Source: Candidatus Magasanikiibacteriota bacterium (GTDB taxonomy: Bacteria > Patescibacteriota > Patescibacteriia > Magasanikbacterales > UBA922). From it: a DNA stretch of 64,000 nt. The position numbers were made by a program, and so were the translations under genes. This document shows positions 30,048 to 41,489 of this stretch, piece after piece. Each line of letters begins with the position of its first letter. The first letter of the stretch is position 1. The stretch covers positions 26,604 through 90,603 of the forward strand of contig DOMK01000001.1 in NCBI GenBank assembly GCA_003510435.1. The letters are read 5' to 3'. The notes beneath the pieces were generated by a model. It worked only from the letters and a program-made list of their open reading frames with translations. It did not search any database and was not told the origin of the DNA.

Positions 30048-30194
30048 TTATTCTTCGCTATCTTCTCCAAGTTTTTCGCCGTCCACTTCTTCTTCACTTT
30101 CACTTTCATAACATTCACAACAATCTCCACAACCACCACACTTGGGGCAAAGCTCGTCCTCGCTAAAGGGCATATCACATTTACGACATTCCAT
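30048..30194 (-). CDS. 48-aa Cys-rich acidic protein, metallothionein-like (8 Cys)
   Basis: MECRKCDMPFSEDELCPKCGGCGDCCECYESESEEEVDGEKLGEDSEE (below the ORF-track size cutoff). Confidence 0.65.
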   Translation of the reverse strand: MECRKCDMPFSEDELCPKCGGCGDCCECYESESEEEVDGEKLGEDSEE

Positions 30195-30258
30195 ACTTAT
30201 AATTAATTAGATAGGGTGTCACGCTAGGGACGTGACAGGATATACAATTAAAATTTAA

Positions 30259-30408
30259 TTATTGGCAATTGCAACCACAACCACCATCACCACAACAAGA
30301 TTCTTCTTTCCCTTCTTCTTTACATTCGCAACAAGCTTTACAGCTAGTTTCTTCATCACAGCAAGTGTTTTCTTCGTTTAATTCTACTTCACATTTTGCA
30401 CAATTCAT
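30259..30408 (-). CDS. 49-aa Cys-rich protein, metallothionein-like (13 Cys)
   Basis: MNCAKCEVELNEENTCCDEETSCKACCECKEEGKEESCCGDGGCGCNCQ; consensus promoter upstream. Confidence 0.7.
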   Translation of the reverse strand: MNCAKCEVELNEENTCCDEETSCKACCECKEEGKEESCCGDGGCGCNCQ

Positions 30409-30437
30409 ATTTTTTTAGATTAATAATTATAGATTAT

Positions 30438-30466
30438 ATTATACATTTTTTATGTGGATTTGTCAA
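30438..30466 (-). promoter_or_regulatory. Consensus sigma70 promoter
   Basis: TTGACA-17-TATAAT. Confidence 0.75.
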
Positions 30467-30470
30467 TCAA

Positions 30471-31775
30471 CTATATTCCCTCTCCTAACTCGCTTGGTTC
30501 AACTCTTGTTTGTTTGAAAATTTCTTTTTCAAATAGAATTATTCCTAATACACTGACCAAAACAATAGCCAAAAGAACAGAAGCTGATAAACTTTCTGTA
30601 AAAACATTATTAAAAATAGCAATGGCTAAAAATGCTAAGCCAATCTCCCCTCTTATGGTGGTGGCTCGAGCAATCAATATGCCTTCTCTTTTATTTTTAT
30701 AAAAGAAACGAATAAAACATTTACCAACAAAAGCCAAGATAACAAATATAAGAGCGTAGAGCCAAGTATGATAATTCAATAAAGATTCTCTACCCAACAT
30801 TGTTCCAAGACTAACCAAAAATCCACCCACAAAAATATGCATGTAGCCTTCAATTTTTGTCCAAACTTCGCTTTTTATTTTATGATCCATTTTGGATAGT
30901 ATTAAGCCAATACCAAATGCTCCCAAAATTGGTTCTAGACCAATCGCGGAAGTCAAGGCACAAGCCAAAATTAAAGCGCCAAAAAAGAAACGAGTATAAG
31001 ATCCTGTGCTAGTTGTCACATAATGTTGGTCAAGATATTTTGCAGCTTTGTCTATAAAATTGAATGACCACATAATAAAAGCAACAAATAAGAACCCAAT
31101 AACTGATAATGCTATTAAGAAAATATCACCAAATTCCGCACCACCATATAAAAATTTTCCTAAAATTGTCAAAAGCAACATTCCAATAATATTACTCATC
31201 AGGGCTATACTTAAAATTTTATCACCAACTTCGGTATGGAGTTTGTTGCCAGCTTTGAGAGCGGAAACTGAAAGCCCGAGCGATGTGGCCGTAAAAATAC
31301 CACCAAGAAAAACTGCTGGTAGCCAATTGAGATGTAATAAATAATAGCCAACTAAAGAAAATAAAGCCAATTGAACTAATGTGGCAGACACAGTGGATAA
31401 TATGTTAGAACCAAAATTCTTTTTTAGAATTGATAAATCAAAATATAATCCAGCTTCAAATAATATAAAAAATATACCAGCTAAGCGGACAATCTCTACT
31501 CCTTGAGCATAGGGATCAATCGCGCCAAACAAGGCTGGACCAATAATTATTCCTAAAAATATTTTACCAGCCATTGGTGCAACATTGAAGACCTTGGCTA
31601 GACGAGCACCAAAAGAGGCAAAAATTGCTAAGAATGAAATATCTAGTAGAATTGGTAAAATACTACTGATTTCGTAGTTATCATTTGCCAATAAAACTGG
31701 TCTTAGATAATACAAAATAAAAATTGCAATGGCTGATTCTATAATTACCAAGAATAAAGTTTTAAATTTATTCAT
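30471..31775 (-). CDS. Cation:proton antiporter (CPA2 family)
   Basis: GIIIGP, LFEAGL, TATS, ILGAFGIG, IRGEIG. Confidence 0.8.
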   Translation of the reverse strand: MNKFKTLFLVIIESAIAIFILYYLRPVLLANDNYEISSILPILLDISFLAIFASFGARLAKVFNVAPMAGKIFLGIIIGPALFGAIDPYAQGVEIVRLAGIFFILFEAGLYFDLSILKKNFGSNILSTVSATLVQLALFSLVGYYLLHLNWLPAVFLGGIFTATSLGLSVSALKAGNKLHTEVGDKILSIALMSNIIGMLLLTILGKFLYGGAEFGDIFLIALSVIGFLFVAFIMWSFNFIDKAAKYLDQHYVTTSTGSYTRFFFGALILACALTSAIGLEPILGAFGIGLILSKMDHKIKSEVWTKIEGYMHIFVGGFLVSLGTMLGRESLLNYHTWLYALIFVILAFVGKCFIRFFYKNKREGILIARATTIRGEIGLAFLAIAIFNNVFTESLSASVLLAIVLVSVLGIILFEKEIFKQTRVEPSELGEGI

Positions 31776-31854
31776 AAAGTTGATTAATAAATTATAAATT
31801 AAGATGATGGTATTATACTATAATTAACTCAAAAGAAACAATATTCGTGGGGAT

Positions 31855-31927
31855 AAAAAAACACTCACCAATCTCCTTGAACTAATTCCATAATATAGAA
31901 TCAATTCAAGTGCGGTGAGTGTTTTTT
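31855..31927 (-). terminator. Long two-tier hairpin ending in a U-run
   Basis: aaaaaacactcacc...ggtgagtgtttttt enclosing a 13-bp inner stem. Confidence 0.55.
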
Positions 31928-31999
31928 ACACTACCCCAACCCACCATCCCACTGGATAGCGGGGTTGGCAGCTCTTCCACAACTAATGATGGTTCCGGT

Positions 32000-32203
32000 C
32001 TAGACGACCGGGTAGACCAACGTGTGGTCGGGGAAGAACACTTTCTTTTGTACCATCCCCTCCGACATCTCCACCCAACCTGTGGCGTTGAACTGATGAT
32101 GACCTTCTTGGGTCAACAACAGTTTCTCATAAATTGTTCCATCTGGGTGTTCACCCTGACGAAACTTGCCGTTGATAGGCAATTGACCAAAGCTCATATC
32201 CAT
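32000..32203 (-). CDS. GC-rich orphan small protein
   Basis: 67 aa; TTGACA-16-TAAAAT upstream; structured 3' region. Confidence 0.45.
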   Translation of the reverse strand: MDMSFGQLPINGKFRQGEHPDGTIYEKLLLTQEGHHQFNATGWVEMSEGMVQKKVFFPDHTLVYPVV

Positions 32204-32332
32204 GAATAAACCATACGGTAGTTTGAGTAATATATTTTATATTAATTTTAAATTTTGTCAATAAAAAAACACATACTAATTAGTATGTGTTTGGAATTTC
32301 CGTGTAATCTTATAATTCCGTATCTCCGTGTT

Positions 32333-32761
32333 TTATTTAACATTCTTATACTTCTTTGCTACCCTCACCCGATTCATTTCCCTATCAATTACCGCTTGCA
32401 GACGAGCAAAGTTAACATCTTCGCCAGTTTTGGCCTTGGTCATTTCTTCTTCGGCTCGAACTCTGGCTTGTTCAGCGCGATCAATATCAATCGTATCCGC
32501 TCTTTCCACGTTATCAGCCAAAATAATTAATTCGTTATTACCTTTTATTTCTAAGAAACCACCAGAGACTGCAAAAGGATGTTCACCTTCTTTATCAACA
32601 ATTTTTAATTCTCCAGCTTTAAGAACAGACACAAGTGGAATGTGATTTGGTAAAACTGTTATTTCACCAGACATAGTTGGAATAGAAACTTGAAAAATTT
32701 CATTTTCATAAACAACTTTTTCTGGTGTGGCAATTTTGAATTTTAATATATTCGTGTTCAT
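32333..32761 (-). CDS. atpC: ATP synthase F1 epsilon
   Basis: IATPEK, GEITVLPNHIP, VSGGFLEI. Confidence 0.95.
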   Translation of the reverse strand: MNTNILKFKIATPEKVVYENEIFQVSIPTMSGEITVLPNHIPLVSVLKAGELKIVDKEGEHPFAVSGGFLEIKGNNELIILADNVERADTIDIDRAEQARVRAEEEMTKAKTGEDVNFARLQAVIDREMNRVRVAKKYKNVK

Positions 32762-32868
32762 AATCTCGAGCGAAGCGAGAGATCCCTTTTCATTGGGTTT
32801 AACTTCGCTATATTTTAAGTATTGTTTAATGTTTTGGAAAGGGATTCCTCACCCTTCGGGATTCGGAA

Positions 32869-32871
<3 letters not shown>
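32761..32871. repeat. REP-doublet/MITE-like element of about 110 bp, copy A
   Basis: taatctcgagcgaagcgagagatccc...gggattcctcacccttcgggattcggaatta; near-identical to 37401-37517. Confidence 0.85.
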
Positions 32872-34254
<1,383 letters not shown>

Positions 34255-34293
34255 TTATTTTAATTTGTGATTATTGTTTGTTAATCATTTTTT

Positions 34294-34362
34294 TCACATA
34301 TCACATAGCACGTATCACATATCAATTTATTTGTTGTGTGGTATGTGTTGTGTGGTACGTGA
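34294..34362. repeat. Gene-less relative of the four-helix-bundle cassette arms
   Basis: tcacata-tcacata-gcacgta-tcacata...caatttat / tgttgtgtggt, shared with 977-1440. Confidence 0.7.
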
Positions 34363-35331
34363 TTATTCAAGTGCCGCCGCACCACCAGCAATTTCGGCAA
34401 TTTCTTGGGTAATGCCAGCTTGGCGAGCTTTGTTATAAGTTAAATTTAATTCATCAATCATATCTTCGGCTGAATCAGAAGCATTTCTCATGGCCATCAT
34501 CCGAGCACTATGTTCACTGGCCGATGATTCCAAAGCGGCTTGAAATATTTGCGTCTCAACTAGTCTTGGTAAAATTGTTTTTAAAACATCAGTCGTGTTT
34601 GGTTCAAAAATGTATGTGTCAGTAATCAAAGTTTGATTTTGTTTTTGTTCGTCAGTCTTTAAGTCTTCATTGTCTGTGCCTAGATTATTCATCATTTTTT
34701 CCAAATCAAGTTCAGAAATTGGCAAAACTTGTCTCAACTTTGCAGTTTGGACAATAGCTGATTTGTAATCAGTATAAGCAACAACGACTTTGTCATATTT
34801 TTTAGCTTCGTATTCCCCGACTATCATTTTGGCAATTGGTAAAATATCATTTAGATTTGGGGTATCAGAGATATCACTATAAGATGCAATTAAATTATAA
34901 CCATTTTTCTTGGCAAAATCTGCACCTTTTTTTCCAATACCAACCACATCAATTTCAATATTCTCGCCAGCCTCAATATTATCTTTTCCTACCATGTGTT
35001 GACTAATATTTTTTGGATCTTTCAGTTGTTCAGCCGTCTTTCTAATAATATTAGCATTAAAACTTCCACATAAACCACGATTGGATGTTACCAAAACTAC
35101 AAGTAATTTTTTTACTGGCCGAATTTCTAACAAAGGCAAATTGACTTCTTGCACTTTTGACAAGTTCACCAAAAGATCCCAAGCCATTTTGGCATAGGTA
35201 CGAGTATTAACAGCTGCTTCAGTTGCTTTTCTCATTTTGGCAGCCGCGACCATTTCCATGGCTTTAGTAATCTTCTTAGTATTACCCACGGATTTGATAC
35301 GTCGTTTAATTGCTTTGGTGTTTACGGCCAT
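34363..35331 (-). CDS. atpG: ATP synthase F1 gamma
   Basis: KITKAMEMVAA, RGLCGSFN, RQAGITQEIAEI. Confidence 0.97.
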   Translation of the reverse strand: MAVNTKAIKRRIKSVGNTKKITKAMEMVAAAKMRKATEAAVNTRTYAKMAWDLLVNLSKVQEVNLPLLEIRPVKKLLVVLVTSNRGLCGSFNANIIRKTAEQLKDPKNISQHMVGKDNIEAGENIEIDVVGIGKKGADFAKKNGYNLIASYSDISDTPNLNDILPIAKMIVGEYEAKKYDKVVVAYTDYKSAIVQTAKLRQVLPISELDLEKMMNNLGTDNEDLKTDEQKQNQTLITDTYIFEPNTTDVLKTILPRLVETQIFQAALESSASEHSARMMAMRNASDSAEDMIDELNLTYNKARQAGITQEIAEIAGGAAALE

Positions 35332-35333
35332 AA

Positions 35334-35412
35334 AAGGCTTACGAAGCCGACAAGGCTGACTAGGCTCGCAAGGCTTTTGTAAGCCTTGTTAGCTTTGTGA
35401 ACATTGTAAGCT
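35334..35412. repeat. Nonamer-period palindromic element
   Basis: aaggcttac-gaagccgac-aaggctgac-taggctcgc / gtaagcctt-gttagcttt. Confidence 0.7.
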
Positions 35413-35433
35413 CTAAGTATATTAGTTTATTAA

Positions 35434-36921
35434 TTATTTACTAAATTCTTGACAGGCTGATTTAAGTTCAGCTTCTACAGTCTCGTCCCAATCACCTTTA
35501 GCTAACTTGTTTAACAAAGCTCGTTTTGATTTATTCATAAATTCAATCATTTTCTTTTCTGCGTCGGCAATTTCTTTGACAGCAAATTTATCAAAATAAC
35601 CATTGGATACAGCATAGATAACCGCGATTTGTTCCTCTACAGCCATTGGACTATATTGTGGTTGTTTTAATAATTCTGTCATGCGTTGACCCAGATCAAT
35701 TTGTTTTTTTGTATCAGCATCTAAGTCACTAGCAAATTGAGCAAAAGCTTCTAATTCACGGAATTGGGCCATGGCCAGTTTAATTTTACCAGCCACTTTT
35801 TTCATGGCTTTTAATTGGGCTGCTCCACCGACACGAGATACAGATATACCAATATTTAAAGCCGGTCTAATACCTTTGTAAAATAAATCGGTTTCTAGGA
35901 AAATTTGTCCATCAGTAATAGAAATTACATTGGTTGGAATATATGCAGTTACGTCCCCTGCTTGAGTTTCTATAATTGGTAGAGCCGTAATAGAACCACC
36001 ACCATTTTCTTTGCTTAGTTTGCAAGCGCGTTCCAAAAGACGTGAATGTAAATAAAATACATCGCCAGGATAGGCTTCACGTCCTGGTGGACGGCGGAGT
36101 AACAAAGAAATTTCACGATAAGCCCAAGCTTGTTTGGTCAAATCATCATAAACAACTAAAACATCTTCACCTTTATCAGCAAAATATTCAGCCATGGCTA
36201 CGCCAGCATATGGAGCAATAAATGACATAGAGGCAGGATCAGAAGCACCAGCTACGACCACAGTCGTATACTCCATTGCCCCAGTTTCTTTTAACTTGGC
36301 GACGATACGAGCAACTTTGGATTCTTTTTGACCAACCGCTACATATACGCATTTCATGTTTTGACCTTTTTGGTTGATAATAGTGTCAATCGCAATGGCA
36401 GTCTTACCAGTTTGTCTGTCGCCGATAATAAGTTCACGTTGACCACGGCCAATTGGAATCATTGCATCAATGGCTTTGATACCAGTCTGCACTGGTTGAT
36501 GAACTGGGTGACGTTTCATAACACCAGGAGCAATTTTTTCTACTGGATAAAATTCTTTAGTATTGATTTCACCCTTGCCATCAATCTCTTGACCCAGAGC
36601 ATTCACGACTCTACCAACCATTTGTTCACCAACAGGCACAGACAAAATTCTACCAGTACGTTTAACTGTGTCTCCTTCTTTAATGGCTTTATAATCACCC
36701 AAAATCATGGCACCAACAGTCTCTTCTTCCAAGTTTAGAGCCACACCAAAAACCCCACCAGTAAATTCCAACATCTCCTGGTATTGACATTTGGTTAGAC
36801 CAGACATGCGAGCAATACCATCACCGACTTGAATAACAGTACCAACTTCTTCAGTTTGGACTGTCTTTTCAAAGTCAGCAATGTGCTTTTTTAATTCTTC
36901 AACGATTGCGTTTGTGGACAT
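35434..36921 (-). CDS. atpA: ATP synthase F1 alpha; start moved to 36921
   Basis: [31 protein letters not shown]. Confidence 0.98.
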   Translation of the reverse strand: MSTNAIVEELKKHIADFEKTVQTEEVGTVIQVGDGIARMSGLTKCQYQEMLEFTGGVFGVALNLEEETVGAMILGDYKAIKEGDTVKRTGRILSVPVGEQMVGRVVNALGQEIDGKGEINTKEFYPVEKIAPGVMKRHPVHQPVQTGIKAIDAMIPIGRGQRELIIGDRQTGKTAIAIDTIINQKGQNMKCVYVAVGQKESKVARIVAKLKETGAMEYTTVVVAGASDPASMSFIAPYAGVAMAEYFADKGEDVLVVYDDLTKQAWAYREISLLLRRPPGREAYPGDVFYLHSRLLERACKLSKENGGGSITALPIIETQAGDVTAYIPTNVISITDGQIFLETDLFYKGIRPALNIGISVSRVGGAAQLKAMKKVAGKIKLAMAQFRELEAFAQFASDLDADTKKQIDLGQRMTELLKQPQYSPMAVEEQIAVIYAVSNGYFDKFAVKEIADAEKKMIEFMNKSKRALLNKLAKGDWDETVEAELKSACQEFSK

Positions 36922-37008
36922 ATATTTTATATTATGATTATTTATAATATTTGTTATCACCTATCATTTATTTTACAGAATTATTAATGATAAGTGATAA
37001 ATGATAAC

Positions 37009-37401
37009 CTAATTTAGTGAATTTTTAAGTAATTTTAGTTGTGTTTTTAAACTTCCATCCAAAATTTTATCTTCAGTTTTGACTGACACACCACCAAGTA
37101 AATTTGTATCAATAGTTTCAATCGCTTCTACTTGATTACCAAAAATTGATTTAATTTTTTCTAAAGTATTTTTATCTAATTTTCTAGCTGACTTAACTTC
37201 TATCTCTATTACCCCAGCCTGTTTTTTGGCGTATTTTTCAAATTCTTTAATAATATTGTCAGATTGTTTTAATTTTTGATTAGCAACTAAAATAGTGACA
37301 AACTTTTTTAAAGCATTGTTTAATTTTTCGCCTTTAAGTTCTTTTGTGCTATCATACAAGGCTTCGGCGTATTGTTTGTTGCTAATTTTTTTCTTTGACA
37401 T
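37009..37401 (-). CDS. atpH: ATP synthase delta (short form); start moved to 37401
   Basis: QYAEALY, VKSA, LLGG...LDGSLKTQL; operon position. Confidence 0.85.
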   Translation of the reverse strand: MSKKKISNKQYAEALYDSTKELKGEKLNNALKKFVTILVANQKLKQSDNIIKEFEKYAKKQAGVIEIEVKSARKLDKNTLEKIKSIFGNQVEAIETIDTNLLGGVSVKTEDKILDGSLKTQLKLLKNSLN

Positions 37402-37517
37402 AATCTCGAGCCAAAGCGAGAGATCCCTTTTCATTGGGTTTAACTTCGCTTTATTTTAAATATTGTTTAATGTGTTGGAAAGGGATTCCTCTCCGTCAGC
37501 TGACGGATCGGAATGAA
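37401..37517. repeat. REP-doublet/MITE-like element, copy B, with a nested 16-bp palindrome
   Basis: Matches copy A; loop replaced by TCCGTCAGCTGACGGA (37492-37507). Confidence 0.85.
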
Positions 37518-38083
37518 CGAAGAGTTTCCTCAATCAAAGCCACATCTTTCTTATCATCCAATTTTTCATTCATTATTTTTTCTACTGCAGCGATAATAAG
37601 ATTAACAGTTTCTTTCTTAATTTCAGACATCATATTTTCTTTTTCTGTTTGGATATTGCGTTTGGCCTGATCAATTAACATTTCAATTTCTTTTTTAGCT
37701 TTTTCTTTCATGTCAACTGATAATTTTTCTGCTTCAGTGTGTGATTTTTCAATAATTTTATTCGCTTCCACCTTAGCTTCATCCAATTTTTCTTGAAACT
37801 TAACTTCGCTCATTTGCAAATTGGTTTCAACAGCCTTAGCATTATCAATACTGTCGTCAATCAATTTTTTGCGTTCTTCCATGGTCTTGGTCAATGGTTT
37901 TAAAATCAAAAACCAAACGATTCCGGCTACGATAGCAAAGTTTAATAATTGAAAACCAAATAATTGAGCATTGATACCGAGTGAAGCAGCAACACCTTCA
38001 TCACCAGCTGGTTGGGTAGTGTGTTCAGCTGTGGCCACAATTGGTTCTTCTGATGTTGCGTAAACATTTTCTATTAAAAACAT
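37496..38083 (-). CDS. atpF: ATP synthase Fo subunit b
   Basis: LGIN..FQLLNF..LKPL..MEER, coiled coil; last residues are repeat-derived. Confidence 0.92.
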   Translation of the reverse strand: MFLIENVYATSEEPIVATAEHTTQPAGDEGVAASLGINAQLFGFQLLNFAIVAGIVWFLILKPLTKTMEERKKLIDDSIDNAKAVETNLQMSEVKFQEKLDEAKVEANKIIEKSHTEAEKLSVDMKEKAKKEIEMLIDQAKRNIQTEKENMMSEIKKETVNLIIAAVEKIMNEKLDDKKDVALIEETLRSFRSVS

Positions 38084-38100
38084 ATTGTATATTTATAAGA

Positions 38101-38170
38101 GTAATAGGGAGTTAGGGCTGGAGGCGGGTAAATATTTTTTCACATCTAGTCCTAATTCCCAACTACTATT
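38101..38170. repeat. TAGGAAT-family palindromic element, copy 2
   Basis: tagggagttagggctggaggcgg...catctagtcctaattccc. Confidence 0.7.
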
Positions 38171-38221
38171 TATTTTAAATAATCTTATTCATCCGGATCA
38201 AAATTGACCCGGAAAGTAAAA

Positions 38222-38488
<267 letters not shown>

Positions 38489-38520
38489 TTACCTCGCGGA
38501 ATGATAGCAATTAATTAATA

Positions 38521-38605
38521 ATAAAATTCAATATACATGCCTGCCTGCCGGTAGGCAGGGATCAAAATATAAATTGTATCGTGTTATGTGTATGTTGAAT
38601 TTTGT
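38521..38605. repeat. aatatac-family palindrome containing a 20-bp nested insertion
   Basis: CCTGCCTGCCGGTAGGCAGG at 38540-38559; uninterrupted version at 21841-21867 on the minus strand. Confidence 0.8.
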
Positions 38606-38607
38606 TA

Positions 38608-39417
38608 TTAATGTTCCTCTGCTCCATGTGGAGCGCTAGTGGCTACTGTCAAATATACAATTGTTAACATGGAAAATACCGCCGCTTGAATCAAGCCGAC
38701 TAATAATTCTAATAACATAAATGGTGTCGGTACCAAAGCTGCTACCAAAGCAGAAATTACAGAAATTAAAACTTCACCAGCAAAAATATTTCCAAATAAC
38801 CGAAGGGATAAAGAAACCACTTTAGCAATTTCAGACATGATCTCAATTAAACCAACTGCAAATTCAATCAAGGCAGTAAAAACAGCAATCGCGCCATCAG
38901 CAATGCCATGTTTAAACTGAGCAAAACTTTTAATAAAATTTTTAATTTGAAAAAATTTACCTAAATGAGTAAAGACTCCAATCGCAATAAAAGCATAAAC
39001 ATGAGAACCAATCACTGAGACTAAAGCCATAGCTAAAGTAAGATTCAAATCAGTATTAGCTGGACGCAAGAGCATATTATGACCAACAGTAATACTACCC
39101 GTACCTGGCAAAAGACCTAGCCAATTGGATAATAAGACGAAAAAGAAAATAGAACCGACAATTGGTAAAAATTTGACAGTTTTTTTTCTGTTACCTGTGA
39201 CACCGTCGAAATAACCGAGAACAGCTTCCAAAAAATATTCACACCAATTTTGTAATTTTCCTGGACGAAGTCTAATGGCTCGTTTGAGAACAATACCCAA
39301 TACCAAAAAAATAATAATGGCAATCCAAGCATTAATCATGGTATTAGTAATGTTTATATTACCAATATGAAAAACAACTTCTGGAGCTAAGGGTGGAATG
39401 TGAATTTCACTGGACAT
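38608..39417 (-). CDS. atpB: ATP synthase Fo subunit a
   Basis: NWLGLLPG, SLSLRLFGNIFAGE, IQAAVF. Confidence 0.96.
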   Translation of the reverse strand: MSSEIHIPPLAPEVVFHIGNINITNTMINAWIAIIIFLVLGIVLKRAIRLRPGKLQNWCEYFLEAVLGYFDGVTGNRKKTVKFLPIVGSIFFFVLLSNWLGLLPGTGSITVGHNMLLRPANTDLNLTLAMALVSVIGSHVYAFIAIGVFTHLGKFFQIKNFIKSFAQFKHGIADGAIAVFTALIEFAVGLIEIMSEIAKVVSLSLRLFGNIFAGEVLISVISALVAALVPTPFMLLELLVGLIQAAVFSMLTIVYLTVATSAPHGAEEH

Positions 39418-39428
39418 AAATTCTTTTT

Positions 39429-39511
39429 TGTCACCCTGAATTTATTTCAGGGTCTTTTATATATTTTATTATCTTTTTTGAGAAAGATGCTGAAATAAAT
39501 TCAGCATGACA
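39429..39511. repeat. REP-like doublet (GTCA-terminated)
   Basis: tgtcaccctgaatttatttcagggtct...agatgctgaaataaattcagcatgaca. Confidence 0.8.
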
Positions 39512-39516
39512 GTGTT

Positions 39517-39777
39517 CTATTTTTCTTCGTCTATTTTTTTATATTCATCTCCGTACTGCTTGGCTTTTTTGTAAATCATTTTACCAGATAAAACAGCCGC
39601 AATGATGAAAGCAATTACTGTAAACCAAGGGGCATAACCATATTTTCCTTCTAACCACTGACCAATTAAAACAAAAACTACAACTGGTACAGCGATGGTT
39701 GCGCCAAAATCACCAATAATCCTTAGTCCCATTAACATATATTTTCTGTCTTTAGGATTTTCTGGTAATAAGGCCAT
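39517..39777 (-). CDS. AtpZ/AtpI family small membrane protein
   Basis: GATIAVPVV..IGQWLE.KYG.APWF; first gene of the atp operon. Confidence 0.75.
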   Translation of the reverse strand: MALLPENPKDRKYMLMGLRIIGDFGATIAVPVVVFVLIGQWLEGKYGYAPWFTVIAFIIAAVLSGKMIYKKAKQYGDEYKKIDEEK

Positions 39778-39890
39778 ATTATAAAGGAAAAGACGTCTCT
39801 TTATGAAACGCCCATATTTTACACTTTTTCCAAACTTAAGTCAACTATTTTTTTATATATTGGTTGTGGACATTTTTTTAACTAAAATAA

Positions 39891-40475
39891 CTATAATTTA
39901 GTCATTTTTCCTCTTATCTCTCTTTCCTCTTTTTTTTCGACCCTTACTTTACAATCAACTGTTTTAAATTCTTTACTATTATTAAATCTGAACAACCCTC
40001 TTAAAGTTTCACCATTTAATACATGTAGTGGCCATTCCTTGTCTGCCCCTAAAAAATTACCCGCCTCTAAAATTTCTTTTAGTTCTTCTCTTTTTACCCA
40101 TTTCCATCCTTCTAATTTTTCTTTTTCTTTTTCTGAAACAGTTGGTTCACCAATAAATTTTTTGGTTCTATATAAGTAGATAATGAATTCTTTTTCTGGT
40201 TCTTCTAAAAAACTAACTTTTAGACTCCCAGCTAATTCAAGATCTTTTTCATCAACAACTAATGAGGTTTCTTCATACACCTCCCTAACAGCGCTTTTTT
40301 TAATTGCTTCTGACATGGCTGGAATTTTACCCTTTCCTTCTCCGTCTGATGATTCTTCTACTTTTCCGCCCGGTCCATTGTATTTACCAGCTCCAATACC
40401 TTTTAATTTTTTACTTAAAAGAACCTCACCACTATCATTTTCTATAAAAACAACATTCATGAATTTGTATGGCAT
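39891..40475 (-). CDS. NUDIX hydrolase (8-oxo-dGTPase-like)
   Basis: GAGKYNGPGGKVE...AVREVYEETSL. Confidence 0.8.
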   Translation of the reverse strand: MPYKFMNVVFIENDSGEVLLSKKLKGIGAGKYNGPGGKVEESSDGEGKGKIPAMSEAIKKSAVREVYEETSLVVDEKDLELAGSLKVSFLEEPEKEFIIYLYRTKKFIGEPTVSEKEKEKLEGWKWVKREELKEILEAGNFLGADKEWPLHVLNGETLRGLFRFNNSKEFKTVDCKVRVEKKEEREIRGKMTKL

Positions 40476-40477
40476 AC

Positions 40478-41338
40478 TTATTTTATATTAGTAAATAAGT
40501 TTTTGGCATTGTTTACACTCAGTTCCATAATTTCTTCTACAGATTTTTGTTTTATTTCTGCCATTTTTTTAGCCACTTCTTCTACCATCCAGGGTTCACA
40601 TCTTTTACCTCTATAAGCCTGTGGGGATAAATATGGTGCATCAGTTTCAATTAAAAATCTATCTAGGGGTATATTTTTTGCTACTTCTAATAAATCTATA
40701 GTTGGTTGTGGGTTTGTTTTGCGAGCAGGAAAAGTTAATACACCGGTAAAGCCGAGGTATAAACCAAGATCAATAAATTGTTGGGCATTTTCCCAGTTTG
40801 AGGAATAACAATGTACTACGCCAGTGATCGGTGATCCCTGATCACTGGTCACTAATTTTAAATATTCAAGAAGTTCATTATATGCATCCCGACAATGGAA
40901 TACAACGGGAAGATTGTGTTTTTTAGCAAACTTTATTTGTTTACCCAAAATATCTTTTTGCTTGTCTAAAATCTTGTCAGAATTTTGTCCCTCAGGCACA
41001 TGATAAAGTTCCAAACCACACTCCCCGACTCCAATTACCTTTTTACTTTTGGCCAGTTCGTCATAATAAGTTTCATCAAAATCTTCATCGCGAGAAATAA
41101 AATTAGATTCTTCTTCGTCTACTTCGGTTGCATGCAAGTGAATGGGGTGCAAACCAATGGTAGCATAAATATTGTCATACTGCTCTGCCAATTCCATAGC
41201 TTTTTTTGAGGTATCCATCTGTGTACCGACCGCGTTCATTATTACATTCTTTTTAATACAACGAGAGATGACCTCATTACGGTCATCTTTGTAGCCTTGA
41301 AATTGAATATGACAGTGAGTGTCAATCAGAGTGCTCAT
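40478..41338 (-). CDS. tatD: TatD family DNase
   Basis: IDTHCH, GLHP, VGECGL, HCRDA, VVHCY, ETDAPYL. Confidence 0.93.
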   Translation of the reverse strand: MSTLIDTHCHIQFQGYKDDRNEVISRCIKKNVIMNAVGTQMDTSKKAMELAEQYDNIYATIGLHPIHLHATEVDEEESNFISRDEDFDETYYDELAKSKKVIGVGECGLELYHVPEGQNSDKILDKQKDILGKQIKFAKKHNLPVVFHCRDAYNELLEYLKLVTSDQGSPITGVVHCYSSNWENAQQFIDLGLYLGFTGVLTFPARKTNPQPTIDLLEVAKNIPLDRFLIETDAPYLSPQAYRGKRCEPWMVEEVAKKMAEIKQKSVEEIMELSVNNAKNLFTNIK

Positions 41339-41345
41339 AATTTTG

Positions 41346-41489
41346 TTATATTTGTTCAATCATTTCATTTCTACTAGCCTGCCAATCTAACACGGAAAGA
41401 CAGAAAAATATATTTAGTATAATAAATAAAATACCAATAATTATTGCAATTATAATAAGTGAATGATAATTTTTTTGAGTTTTATTCAT
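41346..41489 (-). CDS. Putative 47-aa single-TM protein
   Basis: MNKTQKNYHSLIIIAIIIGILFIILNIFFCLSVLDWQASRNEMIEQI (manual translation). Confidence 0.4.
   Translation of the reverse strand: MNKTQKNYHSLIIIAIIIGILFIILNIFFCLSVLDWQASRNEMIEQI

Noticed and set aside
29945-30206. ORF-track ORFs of 75-77 aa
   Set aside because: Shadow frames of the Cys-rich micro-ORF 30048-30194; they cross a promoter and a terminator-like hairpin.
31855-31927. Integron attC site
   Set aside because: No clear RYYYAAC...GTTRRRY ends and no integrase nearby; kept only as a hairpin of unknown role.
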